From the NCBI GenBank assembly GCA_035622975.1, contig DASPUH010000040.1, positions 1-52,810 of the forward strand: a stretch of DNA of 52,810 nt, given 5' to 3'. A program made the position numbers and the translations under genes. The stretch is from Candidatus Sulfotelmatobacter sp. Lineage in GTDB: Bacteria; Chloroflexota; Limnocylindria; Limnocylindrales; CSP1-4. Below are positions 25,254 through 34,371 of this stretch, one piece after another. The notes beneath the pieces were generated by a model. That model was not told where the DNA came from. It was given only the letters and a program-made list of their open reading frames with translations, and did not search any database. Within the stretch, counting starts at the first letter, position 1, and each line of letters opens with the position of its first letter.

Positions 25254-26467
25254 GAGGGGTCCTCGCTCCTTCCCAGGGCCTGGTGGTCGCGGTCGTGGTC
25301 ATGGGCCCGTTTGGCGATGACCCACAGTTCGTCGAGCTCGTCGAGCGACAGGTCGCGCAGCCGCACCTTTCGAGCCTTGGCGAGACGCTCGACACGGGCG
25401 AAGCGGGCGGCGAACTTGGCGCTGGCACCCCGCAGGGCGGCCTCCGCGTCCACCCCCAGGCGACGCCCCAGGTTGACCAGCACGAGCAGCAGGTCGCCGA
25501 ACTCCTCGGTCCGCTCGGCCGGACGCTCGGCAGCCAGCAGCTCGGCGGCCTCCTCCCCGACCTTGTCGATGATGCCCTCCAGGTCGGGCCAGTCGTAGCC
25601 CAGCGAGGCCGCCCGCTCCTGGATCTCCTGGGCATAGGCCAGGGCTGGCAGGGAACGTGACAGCCCGGCGAACGAGGCCGGCATGTCCGCGCCAGCGGCG
25701 GCACCGGGGCGCGGCGCAGCTGTCGCCCGCTCGGAGGCCTTGATCGTCTCCCAGTTGCGCAGCACGTCACCGACCCCGTCCACCCGCGTCTCGCCGAAGA
25801 CGTGCGGGTGGCGCCGGACGATCTTCGCGCCGATCGCCGCCTGCACGTCGGCCAGGTCGAAGACGCCCGCCTCGGCCCCGTACTGGGCGTGAAGGACGAT
25901 CTGCAGGAGGAGGTCGCCGAGCTCGTCGGCGAGAGCCGGCGTCGAACCGGCCTCCAGGGCATCGTAGACCTCGTATGTCTCTTCCAGGAGATGCCGGCGC
26001 AGGCTCAGATGGGTCTGCTCGCGGTCCCACGGGCAGCCATCGGCGGCACGGAGGCGGGCCACCAGCCACGGCAGGCCAAAGGGCGAGACGGCCGCCCCGG
26101 CGGGCGGGACGGCTGGCAGGAGCCACGGCCCCGCCGCCAGGTCGTCCTGCGTCAGGCCACCGACCGTCGTGTCCGCGGCTCCGGCCACGGAGAGCACCGG
26201 GTGATCGGCCGGGTAGAGCGCACGCAGGAGGGCCACGGCATCGGTCGGGTGGGCCCCGCGTCCGGGCACCGCGGTGGGCCGGAACTCCTCCGTCCCGAGG
26301 GCGGCAAGGGCCGCCGCACCCGTCGACCCGTCGGAGGGCAGCAGCAAGAGCGGCCACAGCGGATCGATCGGTCGCGCCGCCAGCGCTGCGGGACCCGCCA
26401 CCTGCAGCCCGTCGGACACGCGGATGTGATGACGCCGCTCGATCGTGGCGAGCAGGTCGGCCGGCAT
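25250..26467 (-). CDS. mazG: MazG-family nucleoside triphosphate pyrophosphohydrolase with short N-terminal remnant domain
   Basis: Tandem MazG repeats ([28 protein letters not shown]; [35 protein letters not shown]). The N-terminal 130 aa or so resemble only the tail of the methylase domain found in YabN-type fusions. Start overlaps the PPIase gene region by gap of 8 nt; stop overlaps rph ATG. Confidence 0.85.
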   Translation of the reverse strand: MPADLLATIERRHHIRVSDGLQVAGPAALAARPIDPLWPLLLLPSDGSTGAAALAALGTEEFRPTAVPGRGAHPTDAVALLRALYPADHPVLSVAGAADTTVGGLTQDDLAAGPWLLPAVPPAGAAVSPFGLPWLVARLRAADGCPWDREQTHLSLRRHLLEETYEVYDALEAGSTPALADELGDLLLQIVLHAQYGAEAGVFDLADVQAAIGAKIVRRHPHVFGETRVDGVGDVLRNWETIKASERATAAPRPGAAAGADMPASFAGLSRSLPALAYAQEIQERAASLGYDWPDLEGIIDKVGEEAAELLAAERPAERTEEFGDLLLVLVNLGRRLGVDAEAALRGASAKFAARFARVERLAKARKVRLRDLSLDELDELWVIAKRAHDHDRDHQALGRSEDPS

Positions 26468-26475
26468 CGCCCGGT

Positions 26476-28305
26476 CTACTGGCTCCCCTGGCCCGAGAGG
26501 ATCACGCTCGTCATGGAAGGGTCGGTCGTGATCGTGTGATTGGCGCTCGCGACATCCTTCTGCGGCTGGTACCAGTCGGTGAAGGCATCGGCCCGGATGG
26601 ACGAGACCTGGTCCCCGAACGGCGGGCGTTGCTCGATCGCGCTGACGGAGTAGAGGTAGAACCCGTCGCTCAGCTGGACCGGGCTGCTCACGCCGCCAGG
26701 CTGCAGGCCGAAGAGAGCCTGCTCGGTGTGGTAGTCGGCCGACTGGCCCTTGGCGATCCAGCCCATGTCGCCACCCTGGGAGGCATCCGGGGCGTCGGAG
26801 TCGGCGATGGCGAGCGACTGGAAGGTCACGCCCGGCAGGTGCTGCTTCAGCTGGTTGGCCAGGTCATCGATGCGCGTGGCGGCCGGGGCATGCAGGGCCT
26901 CCCAGAAGATGACGTGGTAGCCGTACTGCGACTTGACCGGTCCGATGATCTCCCCGTAGGTGTGGCTGCCGTTGAAGATGGCGCCCCCGAACTCGGGCAC
27001 GAAGCTCGCCTCGGTCTGGAAACCCAGCTCGCCGCCCGACGCGCCGCTGCCGGTGTCGCTGCTGTCGGTCTTGGCGATGGCCATGAACTGGGCCCGCCGG
27101 GTGGGCAGGTCCGTGATCGCGCGCAGCTTCGCCGCGGTGGCGTCAGCCTTGGCCTTGGCCGCCGCCCACGCGGGGTCGTTGGCCGCGAGGCTTGAGGCCC
27201 CCGAGGCATCGTTGTTGGGCGAGTACAGGATGTGCATGACGTCCACCTTGGATTCGGTCGCGTCGCTGCTGCCGGTGGACTGGTCGGTGGAGGTGGCCAG
27301 CTGGATCTCGGCGCCCCGCACCTGCTCGACGTCGCTGGCCAGGGCGTCGGCCGTGACCTTGGCGGTGACCTTGTCCTTCAGGATCTCGCCCTTGAGGGCC
27401 GCGCGGTAGGCGTCCACGGTGGTGTAGCGCTGGAGCGTGCTCTGGAAGGTGCTGTCCGGCGTGGCAGGCCGGATGTCTGTCACCTGGCCAACGCGGTAGT
27501 AGCCATCCTGCCCCGTAACCACGGCGGTGTAACCGGTCTTGGGCAGGGCGAAGACGGCTTGCACGAGGTTCGGGTCGTCACTCGTGTCCTGGGCGCTGAT
27601 GTAGCCGTAGTCCTGGGCGCCGGTGTCATCCGCGCCGTCGGCTTTGGCCACGGCATCGATGTCCTTGCCGGCCTGGAGGTCGGCGAGGGCCTTCTGGGCG
27701 TTGGCCATGGCGGCCGTCTTCTGGGCATCGGAGGGCAGGCCGGTGACGACGTCGACCGACGGCTTGAAGGTCAGGACCGTGACTCGCCGCTGCTCGGGCG
27801 CCGTGGCGTCCTGCTGGAACTGGGCGTCGATATCGGCCGTCGTGACCGTGAGGCCGAGCGGCGCAGCGACCTGGGCCAGGAACGTGTCGTCGATGAGACC
27901 CTGGAGGGCCGCGTTGGGCAGCGTCGAGCGGCTCGACTCCATCTGGCTGATCTCCTGCTGCTCCGTGGCCGAGTCGAGCTGGCCGGCGGCGACCGCCTCC
28001 CGCAGGCGCGCCTCGCCTTCCTCCAGGCGGAAGGTCAGGACGTTGACCCGGTCCAGCCACTGGTCGCGCGAGATCGGCTGGCCGCCCACGGTGGCGACGG
28101 CGAGGAGATGCGTGTTGTAGTACGACAGGGCGACGGCGCCACCCAGGATGAGCACGCCCAGGGCGATGACCATGGCGAAGACGATCGTGACCACGACCTG
28201 CAGGCGTCGCTCGCTGTCCCCCGCCGAACGGCGCGGCTTGGTCTTGACGGACTTGGGGCGGGTCATCGCGGCTGTAGATGTCCTCGCATCGGGTGCTCGC
28301 CCCAA
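26476..28305 (-). CDS. membrane-anchored parvulin-type peptidyl-prolyl isomerase (PrsA/SurA-like), two PpiC-like modules
   Basis: N-terminal TM (VVTIVFAMVIALGVLILGGAV). Parvulin-like segments GGELGFQTEASFVPEFGGAIFN...GPVKSQYGYHVIFWE and GGDMGWIAKGQ...SPVQLSDGFYLYSV. ATG 28266 is a possible alternative start. Confidence 0.8.
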   Translation of the reverse strand: MGRAPDARTSTAAMTRPKSVKTKPRRSAGDSERRLQVVVTIVFAMVIALGVLILGGAVALSYYNTHLLAVATVGGQPISRDQWLDRVNVLTFRLEEGEARLREAVAAGQLDSATEQQEISQMESSRSTLPNAALQGLIDDTFLAQVAAPLGLTVTTADIDAQFQQDATAPEQRRVTVLTFKPSVDVVTGLPSDAQKTAAMANAQKALADLQAGKDIDAVAKADGADDTGAQDYGYISAQDTSDDPNLVQAVFALPKTGYTAVVTGQDGYYRVGQVTDIRPATPDSTFQSTLQRYTTVDAYRAALKGEILKDKVTAKVTADALASDVEQVRGAEIQLATSTDQSTGSSDATESKVDVMHILYSPNNDASGASSLAANDPAWAAAKAKADATAAKLRAITDLPTRRAQFMAIAKTDSSDTGSGASGGELGFQTEASFVPEFGGAIFNGSHTYGEIIGPVKSQYGYHVIFWEALHAPAATRIDDLANQLKQHLPGVTFQSLAIADSDAPDASQGGDMGWIAKGQSADYHTEQALFGLQPGGVSSPVQLSDGFYLYSVSAIEQRPPFGDQVSSIRADAFTDWYQPQKDVASANHTITTDPSMTSVILSGQGSQ

Positions 28306-28393
28306 AGGTCGCGGCGGGCGCGGGGAGGCGGCGACGTATGGTACCCCAAGGCTGGCGAAGGCCCCCTCCGGACGGTCCCCCGCCGACGGTGGG

Positions 28394-29809
28394 TCAGCGC
28401 GGCACAGCGCGCCCGGCGAGACTCACCCCGCGCGGCGCATCCTCGGCTCGCAGGGGTGACACGCCGACGCCCAGGTACGTCACCCCTGGTCGGGGCGGCT
28501 GGCCGCGCAGCACGTTGCGGCCGTCATAGACGACGGCCAGGTCGGGCAGCCAGGCCGGGTCCAACTCCAGGAACCGCGGATCGGCGGTCTGCAGGATGAC
28601 CGCCCGGGCCGGCGACGGCGTGCCCCACGCCCACGGGGTCACGCCCAGCCGGGTCAGCTCGGCCGCCGAGAGCAGCGGATCGTAGGCCGCCACCGATGCG
28701 CCGTGGAACCGGAGCCGCTCGATGAGCGGCATGGCCCGCGTGTAGGCGAGCTCCTTCACGCCCTCGCGGTAGGTGAGCCCCAGGACCAGCACGGGCACGT
28801 CCTCCAGCGAGCCGAGCTCACGCTGCACCTCGCCGACCGCGACACCCACCTGGCCGTCGTTGACCCGGCGAGCGAGCTCAGGGATCTGCAGCTCGGGCGC
28901 GCGGCTGATGAAGAAGTGCGGGTAGACCGGGATGCAGTGGCCACCCACCCCGATGCCGGGCTGGTGGATGTGCGAGAAGGGCTGGCTGTTGGCGCCGCGG
29001 ATGGCCTCGAGGACATCCACGCCGACGCGCTCGGCGTACCGGGCGAACTCGTTGGCGAGTGCGATGTTGACGTCGCGATAGGTCGTCTCGGCGAGCTTGG
29101 CGAACTCCGCCGCCTCGGCCGTCTTGAGGTCCCAGACAGGAGCCGGCAGGACGCTGCGGTAGAACGCGAGGGCACGGGCCGTGCTTGGCGGGTCGATGCC
29201 GCCGACGAGCTTGGGATAGGTCGCCAGGTCGTGGAAGATGCGCCCGCTGAAGACCCGCTCGGGGCTGAAGGCCAGCAGGAAGCCCGCCTCGCCGTCGCCG
29301 GCGGTGAGGCCGCTGCCGCGTTCCAGGGCCGGTCCGAAGCGGCGCCGGGTATCGCCCACGGGCAAGGTCGTCTCGTAGATCACGAGCGTGCCGGGCTGTA
29401 GGCCGCGCGCCATCGCGTCGGTGGCCGGGTCGATCATGCGGTAGTCGGGCAGCTGCTCGTCCGACAGCATGAGCGGCACGATCATGACGACCACGTCGGC
29501 CTGCGCCGCCGCCTCGGCGTGGGACAGGGTGGCCTCGAAACGCCCCGCGGCATAGGCCGCGGCGATGCGCTCGGCCAGCCCCGGCTCCTCGGCGAAGTGG
29601 ATCCGTCCGGCATTCAGCGTGGCCACGACTTCCGGCAGCACGTCCACGCCGATGACGTGCCAGCCCGCCTCGGCGTACTGCGCCGCGAGCGGCAGCCCGA
29701 TCTTGCCCATGCCTACGACGGCGACGGTGCCGGCCGTGTCGGGCGCGCCGCGCCACGGCTTGACGCGTTGCGCGAGCCGATCTTCCCAGGCCGTCGGGTC
29801 GGAGACCAT
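28394..29809 (-). CDS. UDP-N-acetyl-hexosamine 6-dehydrogenase (WbpA/WecC-like nucleotide-sugar dehydrogenase)
   Basis: Start set at ATG 29809 (ATGA overlap with the upstream stop). NAD motif VAVVGMGKIGLPLAAQYAEAG and the catalytic-Cys region GIGVGGHCIPVYP are present. Confidence 0.85.
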   Translation of the reverse strand: MVSDPTAWEDRLAQRVKPWRGAPDTAGTVAVVGMGKIGLPLAAQYAEAGWHVIGVDVLPEVVATLNAGRIHFAEEPGLAERIAAAYAAGRFEATLSHAEAAAQADVVVMIVPLMLSDEQLPDYRMIDPATDAMARGLQPGTLVIYETTLPVGDTRRRFGPALERGSGLTAGDGEAGFLLAFSPERVFSGRIFHDLATYPKLVGGIDPPSTARALAFYRSVLPAPVWDLKTAEAAEFAKLAETTYRDVNIALANEFARYAERVGVDVLEAIRGANSQPFSHIHQPGIGVGGHCIPVYPHFFISRAPELQIPELARRVNDGQVGVAVGEVQRELGSLEDVPVLVLGLTYREGVKELAYTRAMPLIERLRFHGASVAAYDPLLSAAELTRLGVTPWAWGTPSPARAVILQTADPRFLELDPAWLPDLAVVYDGRNVLRGQPPRPGVTYLGVGVSPLRAEDAPRGVSLAGRAVPR

Positions 29810-30831
29810 CAGGGCACCTCCAGGGGCACGATGTCGATCGGGCGGTGCTCCGTCGCCGAGCGCAGCAGGGCGTTCGCCAAAGCGACCGCCCACAGGCCGT
29901 CGGCGCCGCTGATGCCGGCCGGGGCGCCGCCACGTACGGCGTCGAAGAACGCGTCCAGCTCGCCGCGGAGCGGTTCGGCCGGCTGGACGGGGATGGCGGC
30001 GGTCTGACCGGCGAAGGTCGGTGCATACCCGTCCAGGTACTCGGGAGCCAGCTCCTGCGCCCCGCGGGTGAAGGTCAGGGTCTGGCTGAGGTAGTCGGCC
30101 CGGAACATCCCTTCCTGGCCCAGGACGGTCACGTGGCGCTGCTTCTCGGGCGTCAGCCAGTTGACATCCAGCTGGCCAAGGGCGCCGCCGGGGAAGGCCA
30201 GCAGGCCGTAGAGGAGGTCCTCGTGGGCGGTATGGACGTGCTGGGTCGATTCGGCGTAGGCGCGCACCGGACGCTCACCCGCCAGATGGCAGATGACATC
30301 GACATCATGGGTCGCCAGGTCGACCGTCACGCCGACGTCCCGGATGCGCTCAGGGAGCGGCCCGCCGCGCACCGTCTTGATGCTGTAGATGCGTGACAGG
30401 GCCCCGTCGGCCAGCCGCCGGCCCAACTCCCGCACCGCGGGGTTGAAGCGCTCGATGTGACCGACCTGGAGGATCACGCCCCGGTCGTCAGCGGCATGCA
30501 CGATGTCGCGCGCCTCGTCGACCGTGCCCGCCAGGGGCTTCTCCATGAGGACCGCCGCGCCGCGGTCGATGGCCGCCAGGGCCACGCTGCGGTGGAGGGT
30601 CGTGGGCACCGCCACGATCACCGCGTCCAGGCGCTCCTCCGCCAGCATCACGAGCGGATCGTCGAAGGCCCTGACATCGGGCACGAGCGACAGCGCGTGC
30701 TGCTGGGCGATGGGCGCCGGGTCGGCCACCGCCACGAGCGTCACGTCATCGCGGCCGGCCAGATTACGCAGGTGGTTGCGGCCCATCGTGCCCAGCCCGG
30801 CCAGGCCGACGCGCAGGCGGGCGGGGCTCAT
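29809..30831 (-). CDS. Gfo/Idh/MocA oxidoreductase (WbpB-like 3-dehydrogenase)
   Basis: 340 aa. LRVGLAGLGTMGRNHLRNL Rossmann N-terminus and EKPLA motif. Both ends overlap neighbouring genes by 4 nt. Confidence 0.85.
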   Translation of the reverse strand: MSPARLRVGLAGLGTMGRNHLRNLAGRDDVTLVAVADPAPIAQQHALSLVPDVRAFDDPLVMLAEERLDAVIVAVPTTLHRSVALAAIDRGAAVLMEKPLAGTVDEARDIVHAADDRGVILQVGHIERFNPAVRELGRRLADGALSRIYSIKTVRGGPLPERIRDVGVTVDLATHDVDVICHLAGERPVRAYAESTQHVHTAHEDLLYGLLAFPGGALGQLDVNWLTPEKQRHVTVLGQEGMFRADYLSQTLTFTRGAQELAPEYLDGYAPTFAGQTAAIPVQPAEPLRGELDAFFDAVRGGAPAGISGADGLWAVALANALLRSATEHRPIDIVPLEVP

Positions 30832-31931
30832 GCGGCGGTCGTCGCCCCGACCGGCGTCGCCACCTCGCGGACGGCCGCGATGACCTGGTCCAGCTCCTCG
30901 TCGGTCAGGTTCGGACGCACCGGGATGGAAAGGACCTCTGCGCTGAGCCGATCGGTGACCGGCAGGTGCAGATCGGCGGCCCCTGGCATGAACGCCTGCA
31001 GGTAGGCCTGGCGGTGGGTCGGCACGGGGTAGTAGATGAGGGTGCCCACGCCCCGCTCGGCGAGGCCGTCGATGACCAGCTGGCGCTCGCCAGGGAAGCG
31101 CATCGTGTACTGGTGCCAGACGTGCTCGCGGCCCGTGGGCACGGCCGGCGTGAGGTAGCCGGTGAGGCCGGCGGTGAGGCGGGCCGCGTTGCGCCGGCGG
31201 CGCTCGGTCCGCTCATCGAGCCGCGGCAGCTGGGCCAGCCCGAGGGCCGCAGCGAGGTCGGTGGGCTTGAAGTTGGTGCCCAGGCTGTCGTGGTAGTAGC
31301 GGACGCGCATGCCGTGGTTACGGTAGAGGCGGATGCGGTCAGCCAGGGCGTCGTCGTCGGTCGTGGCGAAGCCGCCCTCGCCGGTCATCAGGTTCTTCGT
31401 CGCGTAGAGGCTGAACATGGCCGGCCCGAAGGTGCCGGCCTTGCGGCCGGCGTACGTGGCGCCATGGGCCTGGGCGGCATCCTCGATGATCGTCAGGCCA
31501 TGCCGGGCGGCGATGGCTTCGAGGGGCCCCATGTCGGCCATCAGGCCGTAGAGGTGGACCGGCATGATGGCCCGCGTGCGCGGCGTCACGGCAGCCTCCA
31601 CCTGGTCGGGGTCCATGGCGAAGTCGTCCGCTCGGACGTCGACGAAGACGGGCCGTGCGCCGACCTGGAGGATGACACTGGCCGTGGCGTTGAAGGTGAA
31701 GCTGACGGTGATGACCTCGTCACCGGGCCCGATGCCGAGACCTCGCAGCACGGCCTCCTGCGCCACCGTGCCGTTGGCCATCAGGATCGCGTGGCGCACG
31801 CCGCAGTAGGCTGCCCACGCCTCCTCGAACTCCTGGGTCTTGCGGCCCATGGCGAGCAGACCGGAGCGGAGCACGGCCAGGACCGCCTCCTCCTCGGCGG
31901 GTCCGATATCGGGCCGCGAGAGGGGGATCAT
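30828..31931 (-). CDS. DegT/DnrJ/EryC1/StrS aminotransferase (WbpE-like)
   Basis: Start at ATG 31931 (MIPLSRPDIGPAEEEAVLAVLRSGLLAMG...), with ATGA overlap with the upstream stop. PLP-lysine region FSLYATKNLMTGEGG is present. The 170-aa Arg-rich extension in the track is spurious. Confidence 0.9.
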   Translation of the reverse strand: MIPLSRPDIGPAEEEAVLAVLRSGLLAMGRKTQEFEEAWAAYCGVRHAILMANGTVAQEAVLRGLGIGPGDEVITVSFTFNATASVILQVGARPVFVDVRADDFAMDPDQVEAAVTPRTRAIMPVHLYGLMADMGPLEAIAARHGLTIIEDAAQAHGATYAGRKAGTFGPAMFSLYATKNLMTGEGGFATTDDDALADRIRLYRNHGMRVRYYHDSLGTNFKPTDLAAALGLAQLPRLDERTERRRRNAARLTAGLTGYLTPAVPTGREHVWHQYTMRFPGERQLVIDGLAERGVGTLIYYPVPTHRQAYLQAFMPGAADLHLPVTDRLSAEVLSIPVRPNLTDEELDQVIAAVREVATPVGATTAA

Positions 31932-32545
31932 GCGGCCACCCCGGCGAGCGCGGTGCAGCGGGCCGCGGTGATGCGGTAGCGGCGACCGTCCCGGCCGCAG
32001 GTCGCCTCCCCTTCGTAGGCAGCGGCGACCGGCTCGCCGGCGGCGAGCAGGCGCCGTCCGCACGCGCACACCCAGCCCAGCAGCCGGGCCGGGTTGCCGG
32101 CCACGAGGGCGTGGTCGGGCACGTCGCGCGTGACGACGGCACCGGCGCCGACGGTGGCGAAGCGGCCCACGTCCGTGCCGGCGACGACGACGGCGCCCGC
32201 CCCGACGGAGCTGCCGTAGCGTAGATGGATCTGGTCGACGGTCCAGTCGTCGGCCGTGGCGAGCGCCCCCTCGGCGGTGATCGCGCGCGGGTAGCGGTCG
32301 TTGGTCAGGATCGCCCCGGGACCGATGAAGACGCCGTCCTCGATGGTCACCCCGTGATACACCAGCGCCGCGTTCTGGATCTTGACGCGGTCCCCGATCC
32401 GGACGCCGGTGTCGATGTAGGCGTCCTTGCCGACCACGCAATCGTCCCCCACCACGGCGCCCTCACGCACCTGGGCCCGGTTCCAGATGCTCGTGCGCTG
32501 GCCGATCCGCGCGTCGGCGGCCACGTCGGCGGAGGGATGGATCAC
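31928..32545 (-). CDS. left-handed beta-helix N-acetyltransferase (WbpD-like)
   Basis: Start at GTG 32545 (VIHPSADVAADARIGQRTSIWN...). Hexapeptide repeats, KIQNAALVY-GVTIEDGVFIGPGAILTND, and the C-terminal GNPARLLGWVCACG typical of WbpD/WlbB-type enzymes. Confidence 0.85.
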   Translation of the reverse strand: MIHPSADVAADARIGQRTSIWNRAQVREGAVVGDDCVVGKDAYIDTGVRIGDRVKIQNAALVYHGVTIEDGVFIGPGAILTNDRYPRAITAEGALATADDWTVDQIHLRYGSSVGAGAVVVAGTDVGRFATVGAGAVVTRDVPDHALVAGNPARLLGWVCACGRRLLAAGEPVAAAYEGEATCGRDGRRYRITAARCTALAGVAA

Positions 32546-32624
32546 GAGTGGGCTGCGTCTCCGATGGGCGCTGCGCGACCTGTGCCAGCTGCCGGCTGGA
32601 GTGTACCCGAAGTCGTGAGGCGGC

Positions 32625-33053
32625 CTAGCCGCGACGCCTGCCCCGGCCGCCCAGCAGGAGGCGCACGAGACCGAGACCCAGGCCCAGGGCGAGGGCCCCG
32701 CGCCAGTCGACGATCGGCCGTACGTCGCCGTGGACCTCGCCGGCGACCACCACGAGCGCCAGCGAACCGGCGCTGATCTCCACCGCATCGCCCATCACCG
32801 CGCCGACGGCGGACTGCTCGAGGCGCACGTGGGCACTCGACTCGACGAGCGCCACGGCGCCCTGGCGGACCGCCAGGTCCTGGACCTGCGCGTGGGCGAT
32901 GGCCCCCTGGCTGACCTCGGCGCGGTCGGCCGTCAGGCTGGCCAGGCTGGCCTGGCCGACGATCGCCGTACCGGTCGCGGCCGGCGCCGCGGCCGGGCGG
33001 GCGCGGCGCTTCCGCGGTGCGGTGAGTCCATCGGGCGTGGGCGTGTCGGCCAT
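32625..33053 (-). CDS. small repeat-containing, C-terminally membrane-anchored protein, unknown function
   Basis: 142 aa. Strong SD AGGAGGAGG (33061-33069) 7 nt before ATG 33053. About five imperfect 15-residue repeats rich in A/V/Q/G, then a TM (GALALGLGLGLVRLLLGG) and a basic tail. Confidence 0.6.
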   Translation of the reverse strand: MADTPTPDGLTAPRKRRARPAAAPAATGTAIVGQASLASLTADRAEVSQGAIAHAQVQDLAVRQGAVALVESSAHVRLEQSAVGAVMGDAVEISAGSLALVVVAGEVHGDVRPIVDWRGALALGLGLGLVRLLLGGRGRRRG

Positions 33054-33104
33054 GACGGGGCCTCCTCCTGCGTGCCAGTAGCCTAGCCGACAGTCGCTGG
33101 TAGG

Positions 33105-34367
33105 ATGCCGCGCAACGTGACCAGCAGCGCGCCATCCGAGCCCCGCCGGCGACCTCCGACCATCGCCCTGCTCGCGCTCGGCGCGGCCATCGTGATCGTG
33201 GGTGGTGCGGTGCTGGCGTCGGGGGCGCTGGGCCCGCGAGCCGCCAGTCCGACGCCCACCCTCGCGGCGGCCGTCTCGCCGTCACCGCCGTCGGCGTCCG
33301 GCTCGGCCACGCCCACCACCGCGCCCTCGGCGACCGCCACACCGGTGCCGACACCCAGCCCGACGCCGACGCCGCCGCCCGTCGCCGCCACCACCGACGG
33401 CGTCTGGCTGCCAGCCAGCGAGGCGGCGCTGGCCACCCGCCATCCCGTCGCCGTGATGATCGATGACCAGGCCCTGGCGCGCCCGCAGTCCGGCCTGGCC
33501 AGCGCAAACATCGTGTGGCAAGCCCCAGCAGAGGGCGGCATCCCGCGCTACATGGCCATCTTCCAGACGACCGAAGCACCGGCGGTGGGTCCCGTCCGCA
33601 GCAGCCGGCTCTACTTCGTGGCCTGGGCCAGCGAGTGGAAGGCGACGTACGCGCATGCCGGCGGCGCCCCGAACGCGCTGGCCTACCTCCAGGCCAACAA
33701 CGGCAAGACCATCTACAACGCCGACGAGTTCCGCTGGGGGCCCTACTTCTGGCGCATCACGACCCGCTTCGCCCCGCACAACCTGTACACCTCGACCGCC
33801 AGCCTGTTCAAGCTCGAGGCGCGCCTCAAGGCCACGGCGCCGCAGACGACTTCGCCCTACACCTTCGAGGACGACGCCCTGCCGGCCTTGCGCCCAGTGA
33901 GCGGCTCGATCGTCGTGCCCTACCTCGCCAACCGCATCAGCTACACGTACGACCCAGCCACCAACCGTTACCAGCGCGCCGTCACCGGCGCCAAGGTCCA
34001 GGTGGACGCGGGCACGAACCAGCCGGTCGCGCCGGCCAACGTGGTGGTCCTGTTCATGCCGGTCGGGCCGCTCGCCAACGCGCCAGGCGCGTCCACCAAC
34101 GCCGAGAAGCACCGCCTGGAGGTCGGCTACGTGGGCCACGGCAGCGCCCTCGTGTTCAACGACGGACAGGTCGTCAAGGCCGTCTGGACCAAGGCCAGCA
34201 TGACCGCTCCGACGCTGCTGACATACGCCAGCGGGCCGCAGGCGGGCCAGCCGGTGCCCCTCGTGCGCGGCCAGATCTTCTTCCAGGTGGTGGCCACCGG
34301 CACGACCATCGCCTACCACATCGGCAGCCTCCCGCCTCCCCCGCTGCCCGGGCCGGGACGGGACTGA
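33105..34367 (+). CDS. DUF3048 domain protein (YerB-like), secreted/membrane-anchored
   Basis: 420 aa. N-terminal TM, Pro/Thr/Ser linker, then HPVAVMIDDQALARPQSGLASANIVWQAPAEGGIPRYMAIFQ...SSRLYFVAWASEW, which matches the DUF3048 pattern as I recall it. Confidence 0.8.
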   Translation: MPRNVTSSAPSEPRRRPPTIALLALGAAIVIVGGAVLASGALGPRAASPTPTLAAAVSPSPPSASGSATPTTAPSATATPVPTPSPTPTPPPVAATTDGVWLPASEAALATRHPVAVMIDDQALARPQSGLASANIVWQAPAEGGIPRYMAIFQTTEAPAVGPVRSSRLYFVAWASEWKATYAHAGGAPNALAYLQANNGKTIYNADEFRWGPYFWRITTRFAPHNLYTSTASLFKLEARLKATAPQTTSPYTFEDDALPALRPVSGSIVVPYLANRISYTYDPATNRYQRAVTGAKVQVDAGTNQPVAPANVVVLFMPVGPLANAPGASTNAEKHRLEVGYVGHGSALVFNDGQVVKAVWTKASMTAPTLLTYASGPQAGQPVPLVRGQIFFQVVATGTTIAYHIGSLPPPPLPGPGRD

Positions 34368-34371
34368 GCGG

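Noticed and set aside
30828-32788. Long Arg-rich N-terminal extensions in track ORFs (30828-32441, 31928-32788; also 28394-29893, 48208-49929, 48903-50210, 50355-51545, 35692-36717, 22467-24278, 11765-13750)
   Set aside because: The extensions overlap the upstream gene in another frame and have junk composition. In each case a start codon sits exactly at a stop/start overlap, or after an SD, where the homology-like sequence begins. They arise because the track uses the longest ORF.
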